Shown here: positions 52,280-64,000 of the stretch, piece by piece | Numbering within the stretch: the stretch's first letter is position 1 | How the letters are laid out: each line of letters starts with the position of its first letter | NCBI RefSeq assembly: GCF_033153115.1 | Contig: NW_026889761.1 | Span: forward strand, 5,394,001 to 5,458,000 | Length of the DNA stretch: 64,000 bases | Direction of reading: 5' to 3' | Origin: Saccostrea echinata | Taxonomy: Eukaryota | Position numbers and translations under genes: made by a program | Notes under the pieces: model-generated | Database searches by the model: none | Seen by the model: only the letters and a program-made list of their open reading frames with translations | What the model was told of the DNA's origin: nothing

Positions 52280-55200
52280 CTATAGTTTTGGCATTGACCT
52301 GTCTATTGAGGAACTTTTGGAAACTTTACCTAGAGGAATTTTATATGCACATCTGGGGCTCGTTTCTCAAAAAGGCCTACGACCGGGCGTAAGCTTAGTC
52401 CGGACTAAGTCAGTGACTAAACCCAAAAATCAGACTAAGCAGCGTTTCACAAAAAGGCGCAGACTTAGTCGAGACTAAAGTTAAGCTTAAATCTACGCCT
52501 GCTCATGAGTAGGCGTAAGTTCTTTGTCTGTTCACAACTTGAGAAAAGTGGCAAGTGTTTTGATCATAAAGAGATAAAAGAATAATTATTTTGTACGTAT
52601 ACGATTTAATACCTAATATACCTATTCATGTACATATATGATATGCGAAAAATATGTGAAATTTTGAATATTATGTAGGTAAATAGAAATAAGTAAAAAT
52701 CCAGCGAGGATGCAGACTTTTTTCCGTAAAAAAGGTTTGATGAGCTGGAAATTTGTAAGAATTTTGAATTGTGAAACTGGGTAAGATATTAAGAAGTGCC
52801 CGAGTTTTAACAAAAAAAAAAAAGGCACGCGTAGTTTAGGGGTGGGGGCTGCAACCTCCCAGTTTTTCAGGAATGTTTTTTTTTTTTTCTGTTAAAAATT
52901 AAGTTGTAATTTAGACTGACCTACACTTTCAGTATTTGTTTTCTCATACTGTCAAACTTTGCTGAATATTTTGGCTAATCAATTTACTGCACCTACCCCC
53001 TTCCCCATCTCCTCCACACACTAGTAATTTTTTGTTTTTGAAATGGATAATGTTTTTTGAAAAAAAAAATCTTCAAACAATATACATTTAATATATTTTC
53101 GATAATAAGAAATAAGAAATATTCGGTAATTATGCCATCAATTAATTTAATGCACCTTTTACCTTAATTTCCCCATTAAATAAATATAAAATTTATAGAA
53201 CAGAAAAAATATGAATTTGTAAAATGTTCCAGTAATTAATTATCTTCTCCGTAATGCTGTTTTTTTCCCTATTTCAAATGAACTGTCATGGCGTTTAAGA
53301 TGTGCAGATGGGTCTATTTTTTTTTAAAATAGGTACATGTTTTTAATTAATTTACAATCTATCGTACTTTTCTCAGAGGATTTTTTTTTTTTGAGAGTGT
53401 CTTTTAATCGATTTATGAACAGATAAACACTTTATATTACATGCATTTGAAAAGAAAGTGGTCAATACTGTGTTAAAAATGTTTTTATATTGTAAATGAG
53501 AAACATTTACTGCATTTTATAAATCCTCTTTTCCCATAAATCGCATATCAAGGAGAAGAAATTGTGTTTATCTAAAATATTTATGAATATGAAAATCATG
53601 ACTTGTTAATATCTTTAAATCTAGATAAAATCTTCAGCCAGAATAATCAATTCAAACTGAATTAGATTTCTTGGCATTCAAGCTGCAATATGTATTAAAT
53701 ACATGTATTACACTTTGGACATACATGTACAGTATAACATTGAAATCGATATGACAATTTACACAGTCCATGTAAAAATATGCATATACAACATTTCCAT
53801 TAGCACATGCATTTTCAATAAAGTTTTGCAAAAGCTTAATTAAATTTTAATCAATTTCTTGTAATCCATATTACAGGCAAGCAATCTAATATTTTTTATA
53901 AATTTCTGAAATATTTTCATTTAATATATTTTTAGTCGGGATCAGATTTATTTAGATCGGGAAAGGTACAAATTTCAACATCACCATCTTTTTCTTTTAA
54001 GAGATTAATTCAATAATTAATAAACATTTTACAGGTGATTGAAAATTTGACTTATAAGTCTAAGTAGTTTGTTTCATGATCCTGGGACCTGTTATGAAAT
54101 TATAAATTCAATACAACTGATAAATTTTAAAAAATCTCTTATCCCTGTTTTAATAATATATATATGATTTCATAATTGTTAAATTTTCCACAGATCCGTA
54201 GAACTCGGTGGGGCCAGGGGGCCCCGGCCCTCCACTTTTTCTGAGTGTAGTAGTTTGCTATATTAAATTTTCCTTCAGATGCTGGTTGTCCCCCCTCCTC
54301 CCCACACACTGTAAGGTCGAGCACTGGCAAATTCCATAATTCTATGACTTGGACAGTTGACTACATGTAGCTTTTGACTTTGCAAATTCCATGACTTGGA
54401 GAGTTAATTAGTTTTTTGACTTGGACAGTTAATGAAGTTTTTTTGTCACATTAATTTGGGAGATCCCCCTACCCCCGCAACCCCACTTTTTGGTAGTTTA
54501 GGATTTTTGGTGGGCTTGTCAGATTTTTTGGGGAGGGGGTTCTCCCCTCACTTTTGAAACTGTTGCTACGAACCTGTTCCAGGCCTTTCCCACTATAATT
54601 ATTTTAATGTAAACATAAGTGAAAAGACAATATGGCTTAATTCAAAGGAAAATTACTTCAGTAAAATTCTTCATGCTTATTGAATTCCAATTTTTTGCAA
54701 GTACATGTGCTATGTACATCGTTTTGGTTTTAATGTACGATTGTATATCGAAATATCACAATCGAGTACATGAACGTTTATGTTTTTCTATTGTAATTTG
54801 TACCTATGTAGATTTTTGAAATTTATCTGAGCATACAAAGATATTTATTTAATTTTAATGCTTTGACCTTGAAAATACGGATAGGTTTGCGTAATATATC
54901 TGTTTGAAAGATGTTGAAGAGCGAAAACATGCACGCGTGCTCATGCTTCCCGTGCCTTACTTCTGTATATAGGTTCAAGTTTGATATTACTTTGATCCGC
55001 CACATGTAATTGTAGTCTCTAAACCAAATAAAATACGATCTGCGCAGGCTTAGTACTTAGCAGAGAGGTCTTAGTCTTAGGCCTAGTCTTACGCCGCTTT
55101 CTGAAACGCGATTTAGTCCCGTCTAAATTTTGGCGTAACTTACCTAGTCGGACTAACTTAGGCCCAAATCTACGACTTTTTGAGAAACGAGCCCCTGAAT

Positions 55201-58152
55201 GTGAGGGGATTTTTAAGTAAACTGGACCAAATCAAAATAATATTACGTAATGGTGCATTTGATGTCCTAGCTTTGACGGAGAGTAAACTGGACAACACAA
55301 TAGAAAATTCAGAGATATCAATCACAGGTTACAGGATTGTGAGGAGAGACAGAAATCGAAATGGGGGTGGAATATAAGTTTACATAAGAGAAAAGTTTAC
55401 TGTTACAAACATTAACATTATAGATGATTTGGAAATGCTTGAATTTGTTATCTCTATTGGGCAGTCTACTAAAACATCTTGTGCCATATCCTATCGGCCA
55501 CAAGATTCCACAGCGGATTGGATGGAGAAATTTGAGGAACGCATTGAACAACTGAGAGGGGGACACAAAAATATAATAGTTATGGGTGATTTTAATGTGG
55601 ATGAATACAAGACAAACCGTTTAAAAACTACTATGAAAAACCTTGGATTTCGGCAACTAATAAAAAGCGCCACTCGTGAGACAAAAGAATCCAGTACTTT
55701 AATCGATCATATATATGTAACTAGTCCTGATAAGTACCCTACTTCAGGAGTTTTACCAATAGGAATAAGTGACCATAACATGATCTACACTGTAAATGGT
55801 AAAATTAAAGCTGGTGCAAACAGTCATGTTCACATTAAATATAGAAATTTTAAGAATTTGAATGAAAGCAGTTTTCAAGAAGATCTGAACACCATTGACT
55901 GGAGTCCCCTTTATGAAATGGTGGATATTGACTCTATGTGGGAGTTCTTTTACTCTAAATTTTTTGAAATAGTGGACAAACACATGCCTTTAAAAGAAAG
56001 AAGAATCAACTCGCAATCAGAAGAATGGATAAATGACGATATACTTACAGAAATGCACTATCGGGAACACCTCTATAAAATGGCAGTACGCACCAATGAT
56101 GACCATGCATGGAGTCTATACAGGGCATCGAGAAACAGGGTTACGAGAAAGATCAGAGAAGCTAAGCATGCATTTGTCGAAGAAGCAATTACTCAGGCAG
56201 AAAACAAGCCCAAAGACATGTGGGACAAACTTAAGCAATTTTTACCATCTAAGAAAAGTAGTACAACCTGTACATTTCTTAAGGAAAATAATATAGTTTT
56301 TAAAGATTCAAAAGATATTGCCGAATGTTTTAACAATTATTTTTGTAACATTGGTCACGAGTTAGGAAACATTTTGATGACACTTTACCTACTGTCCAAG
56401 AACAAATGCCGCAAAATTCTTTTACAATACCAAATTTAACTACTGAATTTGTTGCAAATGAGATAAAGCACATATCTAAAGCAACAGGTTTGGATGGTAT
56501 CTCTGTCAAACTTTTAAAACTTTCCTCAAATAGTGTATGTGATGTTCTAACATATATTTTCAATTTTTCTTTATCTTCATGTAAATTTGCAGATGATTGG
56601 AAAAAAGCACGTGTTGCACCACTTTTTAAATCAGGGGATGAATGTTTAGTTAACAACTATCGGCCTGTATCTATTTTACCTTGTATCAGCAAAATTTTAG
56701 AGCGACACGTTTTTAATTCATTTTATGAGTATCTGTCGGTAAATTCCTTAATAATAGATTGTCAGTCTGGTTTTAGACCCAAACACTCATGTGAAAGTAC
56801 TCTTATTTCTGTAGTAGATAGATGGCTTAAAAATATTGATGAAGGTAAACTTACAGGTGTACTTTTCATAGACTTAAGGGAAGCATTTGACTCTGTCAAT
56901 CACAAGGTTTTACTACACAAACTTAAGTCTTTTGGTATATGTAATGATAGTTTTGAATGGTTTAATTCATATTTAACAAATCGTGTACAGAAAGTTATTT
57001 GGAAAGGTGATCTATCAGATGAAAAGAATGTAACTATTGGGGTTCCACAAGGCTCTATTTTAGGCCCACTGTTTTTTATCCTGTACATTAATGACTATCC
57101 ACAAGCACTGAAACACTCTCATGTAAATATGTATGCAGACGATACTTCTCAAGATGTAACAGATAAGTCCGTAGAAAACATAGAATCAAAGATGTGTGAA
57201 GACCTGAAACGCAGTATATGTTGGATTGAGCAAAATAAATTAAGCATAAATTTGTCTAAAACTCAATGTATGCTTGTTGGAACGGTACAAAGATTATCAA
57301 AATGTCGAAAATTAAATTTAGGTGTAAATAACCATGTTATAGAATGTTCAGGAGTCAAAATTACTTGGTATTATCATTGATGAAACTTTGTCCTGGAAAA
57401 GTCATATTGAATCACTTGTATGCAAGATATCCAAGAGAATTGGCATTTTAAGACGAATAAGATATTTTATGTCAAATGATGCATTGTTGAAGATTTTTAA
57501 TACTATGAATTTTCCTCATTTTACATATTGTTGTACCATATGGAGCAATCCAAGAAATGCTGAAAATGTGAAAAAGCTTTTAATATTACAAAAACGTGCT
57601 GCTAGGGTCATTTTGAACATAAGAATTTTTCAAACACCATCTTCTGTCATGTTTGCACAACTTTACTGGATGCCTCTATCAGATTATTTTATCTATAGAA
57701 AAGTCATTTTAGTGTATAAAGTATTACATGGATTAATGCCAGATTACTTAAATGTTTTTAAATATGTATCAGAAATAAGCCAGAGGCAAACAAGAAATTC
57801 CAACTCAAATTTATTGTATGTACCCAGGACAAAGACTGAGTATTATAAGAGATCTTTCAGTGTTTCAGGTAGCAATACGTGGAATACCTTGTGTGAAAAC
57901 ACCAGAAATTCAACAAGTGTTGTATGTTTTAAGAGAAACTATCTTAGAGAATACCACCATACATTTTAATTTTGTTTTGTATTTACTTATTTTATATTTC
58001 ACATTTATTATTTATCTTATATGTACTCTCTTTTTCTTTTAAACTGTGTTTTACTAATACCTGTCTGTATGTATGTTATAATGCAGGACTATATTGAAAA
58101 CTAGCATTGTTGCTAAACTATGTCATCCTGGATAAATAAAGGCTTTATTATT
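52280..58152 (+). mobile_element. CR1/L2-group LINE ORF2 (APE + RT), degenerate, split by a DNA transposon
   Basis: With 52356-55197 removed it reads LETLPRGILYAHLNVRGFLSKLD. Motifs LALTESKL, RRDRNRNGGG, MGDFN, LIDH, SDH, YRPVSILP, GVPQGSILGP, YADD. Stop at 55375, frameshifts near 56400 and 57350; 3' aataaa + (tta)n. 5' boundary approximate. Confidence 0.9.
52356..55194. mobile_element. Non-autonomous PIF/Harbinger-like DNA transposon (2.84 kb)
   Basis: TIR GGGCTCGTTTCTCAAAAA/TTTTTGAGAAACGAGCCC; CTG TSD at 52353-52355 and 55195-55197; empty site cacatCTGaatgtg at ~63865-63878; ttagtc/gactaa subterminal palindromes. Confidence 0.92.
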
Positions 58153-59890
58153 AAGGTCTTCCGTCTCAACGGAAGACCTTATAGTGATTCTATTGTTTCT
58201 TATTATTATTCTGTTTTTTTTAGACAAAATTTTGTGCACGCGATTTCTCAAAAACTATTCAATGAATTTCTTTGAAATTTTCAGGGATGATAGGTCTTGA
58301 TATGAATTTTATATAAAGATGTGAACTGGAGACTTATTAGAGATGATAGGACATGACTTCTAGATTTGCAAAATTACCCTTTCGTGCTTTGTCAGTACTT
58401 CCGGTCGCTTACGGAAGCGATAAAAGAAATCGTTAAATTTCAACTTTCCTTTTTTAAATCAATACTTACATCACATTATTGCATCTCTTTTGTAGTTTTG
58501 AAATATGTTGGTCCCACCGGAAACAAAAACGTCAACTTCCGGTTATAAGAGAAAAACTACACAATTTAAGTATTTTTTCTTTCCCATTAATATCTTTTGA
58601 AGATAAAGTATTTGGAATGAATTTTAAATATGTTATTCAGACTGCAAATGTCTAGAGTAATGTCAAATATCTTTGTAAAATTCACTTCCGGTCGCGTGTT
58701 TTTCTGTCCTCAAAATGAGAAGTTGTCTGAGCAAGATCTCGGAAACGGTGAGAGATTAAGACACCAGACTTATATGAGCAACAGACCTTAAGATATAGGC
58801 AAAACCATTTGGGTTCAGAGCGTCAGCCGTTACTTCCAGTCGTCACAGAAAGTGATCAAAGAAATCGAAAATTGCAACTTTTCTTTTTTTAAATAAAAAT
58901 TGCATCACTTTATTGCATCTTTCTCGCAGATTCGAAAGATGTTTATCCCATCGGAAACAAAAGCGACAACTTCCGTTTATAAGAGAAAAACTAAATAATT
59001 TGAGTATTTTTCTTTCCCATAAATATTCTTTATACATAAAGTTTTTGAAATGAATTTTAAATCTTTTATTCAGAGTGCAAATGTCTAGAGTAACCTTATA
59101 TATTTCAAAAATGCACTTCCGGTCGCATGTTTTCCTGTCCTTAAAATGAGAAGATTTCTGTGCTAGATCTCAAAAACAGGTAAAAGATTAAAACACCACA
59201 TTTTTATGAGTATAGACCTTGAGGAGTAGGCGAAACCACTTGGGTTAAACGCGTCAGTCGCCACTTCCGCTTGCTACAGGAAGTGATCAAAAGAAATCAA
59301 AAATTTTAACTTTTCTTTTTTAAATAAAAACTTGCATCACTTTATTGCATCTCTTTCGCTGTTTTGAAATATGTTTGATTCCACCGGAAAGAAAAACGTT
59401 AACTTCCGGTTTTAGGAGATAAACTACGTTATTTTCATATTTAACTTTCTAATAAATATTGCTTATCGATAAAGTACTTGAAATAATTTCATGTATGTTG
59501 TAAATACTGCAAATGTCTAGAGAAAAGTCAGAGATTTTTACAAAATTCACTTCCGGTCGCGTGTTTACCTGTTCTCAAAATCAGAATTTGTTCTCGTATT
59601 TCTCGGCAACAATAAAGGACTGAAGTCTAAAACTTTCAAGACTGATAGTCAGTCATCAGTTTATTTGAATCCTGAGAAACTCTTGTATCGCCGTTACTTC
59701 CGATCGTGACAGAAAGTGATGCAAAAAGGTGAATGGTTGATGGTTAGCACGTTGGATTTTCAAGCTGACGACCAGGGTTAAATCTCCGGAGTGTCTGAAT
59801 TTCTTTTGTCACTTTTTCAGCTTGAATTTTCTTTTTTTTTTTTCAGAATCGGACGGAAGACCTCTCATTGCTCGCAATGAGTTTCTAGTT
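58151..59890 (+). mobile_element. Helentron-like non-autonomous element with ~430-bp internal tandem repeats
   Basis: 5' hairpin aggtcttccgt...acggaagacct; 3' acggaagacct + hairpin ctcattgctcgcaatgag + ctagtt; cacttccggtcgc at 58683, 59114, 59548. Confidence 0.8.
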
Positions 59891-60209
59891 ATTATTATTA
59901 TTATAACCGACCTTTTCAGATCGTGAGACGTCCAAGACAATTCTCAGAACTATACAATAGTTTTTTTTTTGTTTATGTATATAATTATGTACATGAAGAC
60001 TATGATAGTGGTTTGAGGAGTTAAGACCTTTTTCTGGTTCATCAAACAGTATGGAAAAATGTGTTGAAAAGCAGGTGTTCAAGAATGCAAAGCAGAAAAT
60101 ACAAATCTAGTAAAAGCTAGCAATCCAAAATATTTAAGTATAGAAGTAATGGCCTTTTGTATTAAGAAAACAAAAGTTATCATTATACCTAACACCATGT
60201 TGTATTTGC

Positions 60210-60545
60210 AGACAAGGTCATTTTGTCGACCATAGATTTTGTGAAATGTTGACTCATCAAGATTATTGATATCTTTGTAACATCAACTTATTTTACAGTA
60301 ACCTGTTTTCTCAATTTAGAAATTGACTCATCTGGAAGACAGAAACAATTCAGGTGATAATGGTATATTGCTACCTGAATACGGAAAGTTGAGGATAGAA
60401 ATGTTGAAATCGTCACGTTTGTCATAAAATTACCATCACTGTCTTTCTCTAGTTAAACATCCAAGTATGAATCAGATGTGTCGGTGTCTTTGCTGTCTTT
60501 TTATTTAGTTCTGTGGGAAATATCAAATCAACGTTGACGAAAAAT
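60210..60545 (-). mobile_element. Degenerate RT C-terminal fragment, same family as 43400-44045
   Basis: Minus-strand FYDKRDDFNISILNFPY and FHKIYGRQNDL remnants. Confidence 0.65.
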
Positions 60546-62331
60546 GTTGTTATGGACCTTCACAGGATTTGATCACGTGACCGACCCACTTCATTTCCCA
60601 GATAATTTTTTCAACTTGTTATTTATTTCTTAAATAAAATTAAACTGAACTTAATACTAATTAAAATTTTTTGAAGTGTACATATACCACCATCATAAAA
60701 ATCCTGCATATTTTCTGGTTTTACTGATGCGTTGAAAATAACAACTAATTTTCTACTCAGCAGTGTTTTATATGGTACATGTACCCAATTGATCTCGTCC
60801 ATTGCGACACTTCGCATTGCAACCACTACCATCGACAGCTTGGAAATATTTCAAGAGAGACCGTGACGGCAAAATAGTGCAGGAACACAATACCAAACAG
60901 TCTTTACAATTCCTCACTTTTTTTACTCAAAATTTATCTGGATAGTATGGTGGCATGTTTATGCCATCCAGACAGTTTTTGTCAACATAAGATTTCGCGT
61001 CAACATGGTCAAGTCAAGATAATTATCTCGTCAATTCGAGATTACTTTCTGGTTTTGTCTTGATACACCAACATCTATCTTGTATAGTCAATTTAAGCTA
61101 TCACATTATGTTGACAAGTACTGTCTCTTCATAACTACAGTCACGATCATGCTTGGATCTAGAGGAGGGGGGTGAGGCTCCGGACCCCTCTGGAATTTGC
61201 AGAGTTATGAAATGGTAAATAGTAAAGTAGCTAAAAATATTTTTGGACCCCCTCCCCCTGAAAAAAAATTTGACCCCTGTTACGTTGCTAGGAAGAGATG
61301 CTTAAGAAGTAAAAAAAGCCCCCCCCCCTCCCCCTGAAATAGGCTTTTCGCGTTAGGGAGATCAATAATTGACTGTGATATTATATTTTGATAGGTGGTT
61401 TTTAGATTTATGAATGACCCTATGCATTAATTTTCTACCTATGCCATGTAATTAACTCAGAGAAGACCAATAATTAATTGAAATTATATTATTCAATTCC
61501 AAATTTACAATTAGACACAACATATAATACGCACCTGATCTCATCTCTGGTGTTTCCAAGTTCATGTTCACTTCATTCACCCAAACCAAAATATTGGTAC
61601 ATGGGGTACATTAATAACATAAATACATTATATACAAACTGGTCAGAGATACATGACAGAATATTGAAAAAATAAATAAATAAGAGAGGGGAAATATATT
61701 TCTAGAGGTCCGTGCCCTTTGCCCTGTTCACGATTCGTTTTGATTACTGGATTATAATGAGATTGATTAGTGTTCGTTATCTTCACCTTTTACATATTAC
61801 TTTCAGAAAAAAATATCATTGTGCTGTAAATTTGCTTGCTTAATTAACCTTATTCGTCACATTGACTTACAAAATACCTGTATATGATGATGAAAAAAAA
61901 TTGCTCGACAATATTCGGATATCCATAGATGTTGAATTGGTAAACGGCAAAAAAGTTATGTCTTTGATTATTTTAATATCACGTTTAATTAATTATTCTT
62001 ATATTATACAATAGGTCTGGAATTCTCATTAAAATTAATGATCATTTAAACAATTTTGCAAAAATAGTATAATAATTTCTGCAATGCATTTTATAACATT
62101 TTTGATATTATAAAGCATTTTTTCACATGTAACTATTGTCTAATAATGAAAAAGTTAAAAATATATTTCATAAATAATTACAATTCCGTCTTTACTGAAG
62201 CGACCACTTGTTTCGCCATGATACAATGTACTTCATCTTTTAAAAAATATTTTAGTGCTATAAATAATTAATATTTAATGGTAATACTATTATCTTTTAT
62301 TCAACAGGTATTATTCACAAAATAATCATCA

Positions 62332-63759
62332 ATGACTGTCGAAAGCTGGGTGGACAAACTAAATGGAAGGTGGACACCGTTGTTATTTTTGATATTGGGC
62401 ATAGTGGCATTTCTTATTCCAATGTTTTTTAGTCCAATTGAATGCAAGTTTCCATCGAAATTTGCTCCACATGATGTTGCATACGGAAAATCCCGTTGTT
62501 ATGGAGCCAAAAATACGATGATGTATTCTAAAAATGAATGGGACCTAGTTCCTTATCCATTTGTTTTTGCAGATGAGCAGCCAACAGGCATTGGAGAAAG
62601 AACTTTGTACCAATACATATCAATTATTCTGATTTTACAAGCTATTTTCCTTCGTATTCCATTTATTTTATGGAAACTGGGAGTGGAGAAATTGGGCATC
62701 CATTTCCTTGTCGGCACAGACAACCTTAACGACAACAGCAAATCTACAGGCAGGAGACTCGCAGTCTATCTGGAACAATGGATTGAAAATCGGAATGTCA
62801 ACATCCTGTCGCTAGGAGCACTGACAATCTTTCATTGCTTTATCAAACTGTTGTATTTTTTGAGTACCTCTATACACTTAGGGTTGTTGGATCCTTTCCT
62901 GAAACAGGAAAATGAAACGAGCTTTGGTTCTCAAATCCTGAAAAACATAAGAGAAAATAACATGTCCTTTTACCAATCTTCTCCAGCTTTCACCTTGCAG
63001 GTCATATGTGATTATTCCTACAGGCTCGGTACCTATCATGAGAGATATACAGTGTATTGTACCTTGCCGCTCAACCCATATCTAGAGCAGATGATGGCGG
63101 TGGTGTGGTGGTGGTTAATCTTTTCTATAGCCGCCACAGTAGCCGATGGTTTGCTCTACCTTTTTGGTGCTGTTCTCCCATTTTTCAGGGTCAGGTAAGT
63201 CTTAAACCAATTAACACACGGTCAATCAAATCTTATATCAACTAACACATAGGTTTTAAACTTATTAACATCATATTTAATAGTCATTTAGGAGTATTGT
63301 TGCCAATGCAATTCAATGTTTTTATCATCTTTCTTAACCAATTTTGTTGATTTTTCAATTTTACCTTTCACTTTGTTTAGATTTGTAAAATCGAATATCT
63401 TAAAAACTGATCTTGGAAATTTAAAAGAAGCTCTGACAGACCGAAATATTCAGCGATTTGCCAACGACACCTTAGGAGAAGACGTAATTTCTTTCCTAAA
63501 ACAAGTACAAGACAAAGAAAACGGATGTGTTGTCATGGAAACTGTTACTGAACTATGGAAGATCTACCATGGCAACATGCAGCCAACACCAAATATACTA
63601 CCGTTTCCAGCACAACAATCATCTCCAGGATCACATCCTCAAGCATTGTCCGTGGAAAACCAGCAAGAATACGCTCAAAGAAGAAAAGAGGCGAATGAAT
63701 TTCATGGTCAGCAGTCATCGGTACCTTTATTATACCCATCCTATACAGCCCATTCGTAA
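62332..63759 (+). CDS. Divergent innexin, copy 2 (exons 62332-63194, 63381-63759; 413 aa)
   Basis: Same structure as copy 1; six amino-acid differences seen. Confidence 0.9.
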
Positions 63760-63796
63760 TTTGCATCGAATACCAAGCAACCAAGCATGATCTAAG

Positions 63797-64000
63797 CTAT
63801 AGTTTTGGCATTGACCTGTCTATTGAGGAACTTTTGGAAACTTTACCTAGAGGAATTTTATATGCACATCTGAATGTGAGGGGATTTTTAAGTAAACTGG
63901 ACCAAATCAAAAAATAATATTACGTAATGGTGCATTTGATGTCCTAGCTTTGACGGAGAGTAAACTGGACAACACAATAGAAAATTCAGAGATATCAATC
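63797..64000 (+). mobile_element. 5' part of the duplicated LINE ORF2 (no Harbinger insertion; +2 A frameshift near 63910)
   Basis: Contiguous LETLPRGILYAHLNVRGFLSKLDQI; atcaaaaaataata versus atcaaaataata in copy 1. Confidence 0.88.

Larger units (their letters stand above)
49100..64000 (+). repeat. Tandem segmental duplication, offset ~11.5 kb
   Basis: ~49100-52355 plus 55198 onward aligns with ~60640-64000 (upstream region, innexin, LINE 5' part). Confidence 0.92.

Noticed and set aside
55180-55377. Stand-alone 65-aa gene
   Set aside because: Chimera of the Harbinger TIR and the LINE endonuclease N-terminus.

Overview
AT-rich eukaryotic DNA with spliceosomal introns and two N gaps. The repeat landscape (Helentron-like elements, Penelope-like elements, tRNA-SINE, MITEs) looks like a bivalve mollusc such as an oyster; that is inference. 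Host genes: a candidate small multi-exon gene (-, 274-3754, not in the ORF track), RSPH3 (-, 7 coding exons, RFX X-box promoter), a single-exon membrane copper amine oxidase with a 24-His stalk (+), a Tctex1-domain dynein light chain (-), an Aa_trans amino-acid transporter with a +1 frameshift (+), and two near-identical divergent innexins in tandem (+). The most striking structure lies in one transporter intron. It holds a young Penelope-like element (RT + GIY-YIG) inserted in a (TA)n tract with ~775-bp inverted arms, three minimal hammerhead ribozymes from two unrelated families, and a 47-bp tandem array built on the 3' splice site. Each innexin runs into a CR1/L2-type LINE; copy 1 also carries a Harbinger-like insertion whose empty site is visible in copy 2. 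Exon models were assembled by eye from GT/AG signals and phase, and family names come from motif recognition, not database searches.
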